The position numbers were made by a program, and so were the translations under genes. Below, piece by piece: positions 46,379 through 51,129 of a DNA stretch of 51,129 nt. The notes under the pieces were generated by a model that was given only the letters and a program-made list of their open reading frames with translations, ran no database searches and was not told the DNA's origin. Origin of the DNA: a phage; sequence record PZ445411.1, one strand, 5' to 3'. Positions within the stretch are counted from its first letter, which is position 1; every line of letters begins with the position of its first letter.

Positions 46379-46571
46379 CTCTTACTATAGCGCATTCATG
46401 CAGTGCGCTATGTTGAGATAACAACATGAGATCATGAAGATGCGAAACTTCGAAAAAATCGTATCCAAGAAGAAGCGATACAGCTACTACGAGCACAAAG
46501 AGATGAATCAACGCTATCGCAAAAAGCGACAGCGCCCGGGTAAACATTAAAGCAGATATGGAGACAACTAA

Positions 46572-46763
46572 ATGCAATTGCCACCATTTGACGAAAAAAA
46601 CGAAGAGATTGCCAAAACTGCAAGTCACCTTCGAGAGCTTGCCGACATGATAGAGCGCGGTCAGGTTATGATTGTCAATATGACGATTAAAAGCGAGAAT
46701 AGAAATTTCAAGGTTTTAAGCGAGACAACAGAAATTACTATCTTGAAAGCAAGAGGGGAATAA
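46572..46763 (+). CDS. hypothetical protein
   Basis: 63 aa; RBS GGAG. Confidence 0.45.
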   Translation: MQLPPFDEKNEEIAKTASHLRELADMIERGQVMIVNMTIKSENRNFKVLSETTEITILKARGE

Positions 46764-46765
46764 AT

Positions 46766-47356
46766 ATGAAACGAGACATTATCATTCTTAACGGACCGCC
46801 AGGAGTTGGCAAAGATACGCTTGCGGCATACTTAACTGGTCATCGTTACGCAGCCGTTAAAGCGTCGTTTAAACAGCCTATGTTCGATATTGCATTCTCC
46901 ATGCTTGGCGTTTACCGATATGACGAGTTCATTGATCTGTATAACGACCGCGAGCAGAAAGAAAAGCCTCAAGCAATCTTGCAAGGCAAGTCACCGCGCC
47001 AGTTCATGATCTGGATTAGCGAAGAAGTCATGAAGCCAGCTTTTGGCGAGCAATATTTTGGGAATCGCATGGTTGAGCAAGTACACGAGATGTACAGGGA
47101 TTTAGCTGTTGTAATTAGCGATGGCGGATTCCCTGAAGAAATCAAGCCTCTCGTTAAGGCAGGCCATGAAGTTCACATTTGCCGACTGCATCGCGAGGGA
47201 TTCACGTTTGATGGAGATTCGCGAAACTATATTGACCTGAGCGGATACCATCACCGAGTCAAGCATTACGACTTCACAATGACTGATGGCGAGCCAGAAA
47301 AGACTGTTGACGAGATCATCAAAACTGTCCAGTGGAAACACATTAAGATCAAATAG
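46766..47356 (+). CDS. P-loop nucleotide kinase (dNMP kinase-like)
   Basis: 196 aa; Walker A GPPGVGKDT near N-terminus in an arrangement resembling phage dNMP kinases; RBS AGAGGGG. Confidence 0.6.
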   Translation: MKRDIIILNGPPGVGKDTLAAYLTGHRYAAVKASFKQPMFDIAFSMLGVYRYDEFIDLYNDREQKEKPQAILQGKSPRQFMIWISEEVMKPAFGEQYFGNRMVEQVHEMYRDLAVVISDGGFPEEIKPLVKAGHEVHICRLHREGFTFDGDSRNYIDLSGYHHRVKHYDFTMTDGEPEKTVDEIIKTVQWKHIKIK

Positions 47357-47396
47357 CACGAATTGCTAAAAGCGGGGCGCAATGCCTCGCTATAAT
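47354..47396 (+). promoter_or_regulatory. conserved box variant (palindromic TAGCA-N5-TGCTA) + TATAAT cassette
   Basis: TAGCACGAATTGCTAAAAG (TAG is the kinase stop), 22 nt, TATAAT at 47391-47396. Confidence 0.5.
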
Positions 47397-47426
47397 GCAA
47401 ACACCAATCAACGAGAGGAAATCATC

Positions 47427-47828
47427 ATGGTAGAGTTAAACGACATTCGCGTTGGAACAAAATTTCGCGTAACCTGGGCAGATAAATATTGCGGAGTTAG
47501 CAAGGGTCAGGTTGTTACGGTGGATAGTATTTATCGCGGATGCAGCAAAGACTTTCGCCGACCACGCATCAAGAATGGCTATATCATAACTCGCCGTTTT
47601 GGCTTTGAGCATTATTACGTAGTGGCGACTCAAGGAGTTTTGATTGAGCTTCAGCGAATCAGCGATCATCGCGGCTGTCATGTCAAAACTACGAAGATAC
47701 CATGCCAGAGAGCGCGATACGATGCGCGCAGGATGCGCAGGCTTGCACGAAACGCGATCAAGTTCAAAAAGCATGGTGGTAACTTTTACCGAATGTACAA
47801 AGGGATTGCGCGAAATGCTGGAAAATAA
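47427..47828 (+). CDS. hypothetical basic protein
   Basis: 133 aa from ATG 47427 (RBS GAGAGGAA); Arg/Lys-rich C-terminal third. Confidence 0.5.
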   Translation: MVELNDIRVGTKFRVTWADKYCGVSKGQVVTVDSIYRGCSKDFRRPRIKNGYIITRRFGFEHYYVVATQGVLIELQRISDHRGCHVKTTKIPCQRARYDARRMRRLARNAIKFKKHGGNFYRMYKGIARNAGK

Positions 47829-47946
47829 CAACAACGCAACAAATCCAAAGCCGCCATTTGATTTTCATGAAATCATGATTGTGTTATTCTTGATTCTCTT
47901 AGTTGTTTATTCAGTGAGGGCCGCAATATGGTTTTTAATGCACTAA
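47815..47946 (+). CDS. small hydrophobic peptide (single TM)
   Basis: 43 aa MLENNNNATNPKPPFDFHEIMIVLFLILLVVYSVRAAIWFLMH; RBS AAGGGA; overlaps neighbours. Confidence 0.3.
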   Translation: MLENNNNATNPKPPFDFHEIMIVLFLILLVVYSVRAAIWFLMH

Positions 47947-48191
47947 AACGAATCTTTAAACCTGAATACCGGATCGTTGCTTGCACAGAATGTGAGATTT
48001 ATTACCTGCAACGCCGCCGCGTTATTAGTGGGGATTGGGAATATCTGACGGATGATGCTTTCGGCTTTTGGGCTATGGAGTTCAATAGCTACAGCGAAGC
48101 GCGTGAGTACGCTAAAAAGTTGCACAAGTTCAGACCTTACAAGCTGCGTTTGCTGGTTGTCAAAAAATGCGATGTGTGGGATCACGAATGA
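47928..48191 (+). CDS. hypothetical protein
   Basis: 87 aa; RBS GAGGG; CTEC motif. Confidence 0.45.
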   Translation: MVFNALKRIFKPEYRIVACTECEIYYLQRRRVISGDWEYLTDDAFGFWAMEFNSYSEAREYAKKLHKFRPYKLRLLVVKKCDVWDHE

Positions 48192-48367
48192 AAAGAGTAA
48201 TTATCATTTTTATTGCCCTTATCGCTGGTTGCTACCTGGCATATAATTATAGCGGCATTGTTGAGTCAATTGGCGGGTTGATTATCTTCATGGCTGGCGG
48301 GTATGCTGGCTATTGTGATGGATTCGAAAACGGAAAGCGTTACATGCTGACCGGAAAAAAGAAGTAA
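48188..48367 (+). CDS. small membrane protein / lipoprotein candidate
   Basis: 59 aa from ATG 48188 overlapping upstream stop; hydrophobic N-terminus with LIAGC. Confidence 0.4.
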   Translation: MKRVIIIFIALIAGCYLAYNYSGIVESIGGLIIFMAGGYAGYCDGFENGKRYMLTGKKK

Positions 48368-48410
48368 TGTTAACCGCGACGCTTCGGTGGCGCTAAAAGG
48401 AGGAAACAAA

Positions 48411-48698
48411 ATGGCTAAAAGCAATCGTAAAATGTTGATTAACGCATTCGAAAAGGCGGCGCTTGAGCGTGGTTGGAATGACTCATTTCACACAGCAAAC
48501 TGTATCCGCCGTTACGGATTCAAGAATTGCCGATCCTGGGCGCGTCAAATGGCTTCATGGTATGATCTTGATGCGCATTACCTTGATATGGATTGCGCCC
48601 TGGTTGAAATGATTGAGCAGGCCGCATTAGAGGATCGACCATTAACGCAATCTGATTTTGACGATTTTGTGCGCGATGAAATCTATTACATGAGCTAA
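48411..48698 (+). CDS. hypothetical protein
   Basis: 95 aa from ATG 48411 with RBS AAAGGAGG; followed by a conserved box. Confidence 0.5.
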   Translation: MAKSNRKMLINAFEKAALERGWNDSFHTANCIRRYGFKNCRSWARQMASWYDLDAHYLDMDCALVEMIEQAALEDRPLTQSDFDDFVRDEIYYMS

Positions 48699-48741
48699 TA
48701 GCACTTTTTGTTAAAACTTCCGCGAGGGCATTTGTTAAAGT
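48699..48741 (+). promoter_or_regulatory. conserved box + weak -10-like hexamer
   Basis: TAGCACTTTTTGTTAAAAC, 22 nt, TAAAGT; a second TTTGTTAAAG follows at 48731-48740. Confidence 0.45.
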
Positions 48742-48773
48742 GTCCTCATTGAAGCGAAACAGAGGAAAGCGCA

Positions 48774-48998
48774 ATGAAAATTCGAATTACCAATATTGAA
48801 TCAGTTAGCCAGTTTGATACTGACGAATTAAGCCTTGGGCAGTGTGGGATCGAGGTTGGCGATGTGTTCGAAGTTACCGGACAATATCGCGATGGAACTT
48901 TGAGCATTCAAGCACCACGAGATACCGATGATGGTTGCATCAAGGCAGGAGATGAGTTTAGCGTTAACGAAGGAGAATACGAGGTAGTAGAAGAATGA
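48774..48998 (+). CDS. hypothetical acidic protein
   Basis: 74 aa; RBS AGAGGAAA. Confidence 0.5.
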   Translation: MKIRITNIESVSQFDTDELSLGQCGIEVGDVFEVTGQYRDGTLSIQAPRDTDDGCIKAGDEFSVNEGEYEVVEE

Positions 48999-49228
48999 TC
49001 ACGATTAACCTTTCAGAGAAGCAAGCATATCAAGTGATGAGCTACATTTCTGGCTTTGGTATGGAAGGCGCTATGGGTGAAGTTGCGGATCAGATTTGCC
49101 GTCAACTTACACCAGCACCAACGCGAGCGGCAGAAACTGCCGCATGGCGCAACGAGGCTGGATACATCCAGAAAGCTATTGAAGACTGGAAGCGCAAAAA
49201 CGAGACTGCGGAGGATGCAGGATTATGA
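48995..49228 (+). CDS. hypothetical protein
   Basis: 77 aa; start overlaps upstream stop (ATGA). Confidence 0.45.
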   Translation: MITINLSEKQAYQVMSYISGFGMEGAMGEVADQICRQLTPAPTRAAETAAWRNEAGYIQKAIEDWKRKNETAEDAGL

Positions 49229-49539
49229 TTTACATTCACTACTACCAGATCGGGACAAACGAAAACAAGCATGAGCGCAGAGCAATTTGTGACACACTCG
49301 ACGATGCTAAAGCACAGCAACGCGTTTTGGGTGGTGTAATTCAGGCTTTTGAGCCAGTGGAAGACATAGAGCACCGAGAGCATTTGAAAGAGATTATTGT
49401 TGATGAAATTTCATCACTAATCGACGACATGACAAATCACGGTCCTGGTTCTCCGTGGGAAGAAGCTGGATCGACGGAGTGGGATTGCGCTAAAGTTGCA
49501 ACGCTTAACAACTTTCGTGAGTTGCTCGACGATTTTTAA
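49225..49539 (+). CDS. hypothetical protein
   Basis: 104 aa; RBS GGAGG; start overlaps upstream stop. Confidence 0.5.
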   Translation: MIYIHYYQIGTNENKHERRAICDTLDDAKAQQRVLGGVIQAFEPVEDIEHREHLKEIIVDEISSLIDDMTNHGPGSPWEEAGSTEWDCAKVATLNNFRELLDDF

Positions 49540-49609
49540 TTAAAATTGAATGACTCATACAGCGAACAGGACGCATTTTGACGAGGCATTTTTTAGGTAA
49601 GGTGATTCA

Positions 49610-49738
49610 ATGGATAACTACATAAAACCGTCGCAGTGGTGCGCACAGAAGCAAGAGGAAGCATTAGAACGCGGCGACACTGAAACGGCAATGCACTATT
49701 TCGAAATGTACAACTTGTGGAAGGGTAGAGGTCTGTAA
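49610..49738 (+). CDS. hypothetical small protein
   Basis: 42 aa; RBS AGGTGA; stop overlaps next ATG (TAATG); below track cutoff. Confidence 0.3.
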   Translation: MDNYIKPSQWCAQKQEEALERGDTETAMHYFEMYNLWKGRGL

Positions 49739-49968
49739 TGTTTGGAATGAACGAGGCACAATTCAACGCTGCAAAACGCCAGGCCAAGAAGTGCGGCGAG
49801 GCAATGAAGGCGGATGTTGAAAAGCGCGGGAAGTATGTTGATGAAGTTATGAAGGGCATTATTGCCGAACATTATCAGCCAGTTGCGCCAATGCTGACAA
49901 TTACCCAATTCATCTGGTTGTGTGGTTATCTTCGTGGGCGATGGGGAAACGCATTTGACCGCGAATGA
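49738..49968 (+). CDS. hypothetical protein
   Basis: 76 aa; translationally coupled to the upstream small ORF. Confidence 0.45.
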   Translation: MFGMNEAQFNAAKRQAKKCGEAMKADVEKRGKYVDEVMKGIIAEHYQPVAPMLTITQFIWLCGYLRGRWGNAFDRE

Positions 49969-50112
49969 TTGACAACGATTTCCTGATTGGATAGCATGTC
50001 AATCGTTTACATAAGAGCGGCTAAGGCCGAACGGGTGGCGCGGTTGCCACGCAACAACGGCGATATGCAGGTTTTTACCGTAAGACGTATCGCCTTTTTA
50101 TGAGGATAAAGA

Positions 50113-50295
50113 ATGAAGTGGAAAGTTATCCTTACCATACGAAAAATGGGCAGGAACTGCGCGACATGTAAACAAGAATTTGAAACAACTGTTACGGCAT
50201 GTAGCGCCGAGATGGCAGTAAGACTGGCAAAAGATTACTCCAGAGCCAATCAAGAAACGCACCAGTTTTCAGTTAATTTAGTGAGGAAAATATAA
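50113..50295 (+). CDS. hypothetical protein
   Basis: 60 aa; RBS GAGGATAAAGA-ATG; CxxC pair. Confidence 0.45.
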   Translation: MKWKVILTIRKMGRNCATCKQEFETTVTACSAEMAVRLAKDYSRANQETHQFSVNLVRKI

Positions 50296-50528
50296 TGTTA
50301 AACTTAATTTCTGCCTTTGTTTTTGGTTTTGTTTTTGCTGTAATTATTTTGCTTATAGCGTCGGAAAAGATTTGCAAATTTCTTGCTAAGAACGGGAAGT
50401 TTGCAAGCGCGACATGGAATAACAAGATGCAGCGATGGGATGTGCGCGGTCACTATCTGACGATCGGTAGCAAAATTCATCAGCATCTGAAGAATCAAGA
50501 AGATGAAAAAGTAAAATACAAGTGTTGA
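50295..50528 (+). CDS. small membrane protein
   Basis: 77 aa; N-terminal TM helix; start overlaps upstream stop; followed by a terminator. Confidence 0.45.
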   Translation: MLNLISAFVFGFVFAVIILLIASEKICKFLAKNGKFASATWNNKMQRWDVRGHYLTIGSKIHQHLKNQEDEKVKYKC

Positions 50529-50535
50529 ACAACTA

Positions 50536-50558
50536 CCCGCCAAATGGCGGGTTTTTTA
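50536..50558 (+). terminator. rho-independent terminator upstream of small terminase gene
   Basis: CCCGCC-aaat-GGCGGG hairpin then TTTTTT. Confidence 0.7.
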
Positions 50559-50608
50559 TTGCCTGCAATTTGTCTATAATGATGCTTTGTTATAAAGGAG
50601 GGCGCATT

Positions 50609-51129
50609 ATGGCTAAAAACGTTGAGCCAGCAGTAAAGGCTTGCAATTTTAAAAAACTATATAATAAGCAATATGGCGATATAGCAAAAATGACAAAGGC
50701 GCACAAGTACACGCCGGAACAGGTATTTGATCTGGCTGTTCGTTACTTTACGTGGGCTGAGGAAAATCATATACAGGCTGCGGAAACAGCATCCTTTCAG
50801 GGTGACGTATACGAAAGCAAGATTCACAAGCCGCGCGTGTTCACCTTAAATGGATTCCGCTTATTCGCTGGCCTTTCTGCTTCCGTGCTTGAAAAATGGC
50901 GACGTGAGCCAGGATTCAGCGAGGTTATGGACTTTATCGACGGCGTTGTTTACGAGCAAAAATTCCAGCTTGCCGCAAACAATATTGTTAACGCCGGATT
51001 CATTGGTAAAGAGATCGGTATTGAAAAGCCAGCTACCGTTACCATTGAGAATAACACAAGCGCCAGCGTTGACGCTGTAACGGCGGAGGAAGTCAAAGAG
51101 GCAGTAATTGACATTCTGGAGAAGATATA
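50609..51129 (+). CDS. terminase small subunit (stop codon completed across the circular junction)
   Basis: RBS AAAGGAGG, ATG 50609; 173 codons then TA at window end, which joins A at nt 1 to give TAA overlapping the large-terminase ATG; position immediately 5' of the large subunit. Confidence 0.6.
   Translation, partial: MAKNVEPAVKACNFKKLYNKQYGDIAKMTKAHKYTPEQVFDLAVRYFTWAEENHIQAAETASFQGDVYESKIHKPRVFTLNGFRLFAGLSASVLEKWRREPGFSEVMDFIDGVVYEQKFQLAANNIVNAGFIGKEIGIEKPATVTIENNTSASVDAVTAEEVKEAVIDILEKI

Noticed and set aside
43346-48741. Possibility that the repeated 19-bp box is a CRISPR array or a mobile-element terminal repeat
   Set aside because: Copies are separated by whole genes (hundreds of bp, variable), oriented with transcription on both strands, and no cas, transposase or integrase genes are present.
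1-51129. tRNA genes, integrase or lysogeny module
   Set aside because: No cloverleaf-compatible sequences noticed by eye in intergenic regions and no integrase, excisionase or CI-like repressor module recognised; the only standalone HTH protein (28685-29158) has no partner integrase. A tRNA scan was not run, so small RNAs cannot be excluded.

Overview
The window reads as a complete, circularly closed genome (51,129 bp) of a virulent T1-like siphophage of enterobacteria, linearised at the terminase large-subunit ATG. The last two bases of the window (TA) plus base 1 (A) form the TAA stop of the small-terminase ORF, so the record wraps exactly. Layout: 1-7.2 kb packaging and head (terminase, portal, scaffold-like protein, two paralogous capsid-associated proteins, major capsid protein); 7.2-19.9 kb head-tail joining and a lambda-like tail module (major tail protein, G/GT chaperone with a -1 frameshift site, tape measure, M/L/K/I-like proteins, 1141-aa J-like central fibre); 20.0-20.2 kb an Llp-like lipoprotein on the minus strand; 20.7-23.4 kb a recombination module (PD-(D/E)XK exonuclease, Erf-like annealase, SSB); 23.4-29.2 kb a minus-strand block with a tail fibre carrying a C-terminal self-cleaving chaperone domain, a primase-like gene and an HTH protein; 29.2-35.7 kb helicase, VRR-NUC nuclease, N6-adenine methyltransferase and the lysis cassette (holin, lysozyme, unimolecular spanin); 35.7-42.2 kb minus-strand replication and small genes including a C5-cytosine methyltransferase; 42.6-51.1 kb about 25 small rightward early genes including a HAD phosphatase, a dNMP-kinase-like protein and the small terminase. 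No tRNA, CRISPR array, integrase or transposase was recognised. The features most worth a second look are: (1) a roughly 19-copy conserved 19-bp box (TAGCAYTTTTTGYTAAAAC) fused to gene 3' ends, usually followed by a GC stem-loop and a -10-like hexamer at a fixed, non-canonical 21-22 nt spacing; (2) two homologous AT/GT-rich non-coding regions at both divergent strand switches; (3) a glycine-zipper ORF separated from its downstream continuation by a single in-frame TAA. All functional calls come from reading motifs and gene order by eye; no database search was run.
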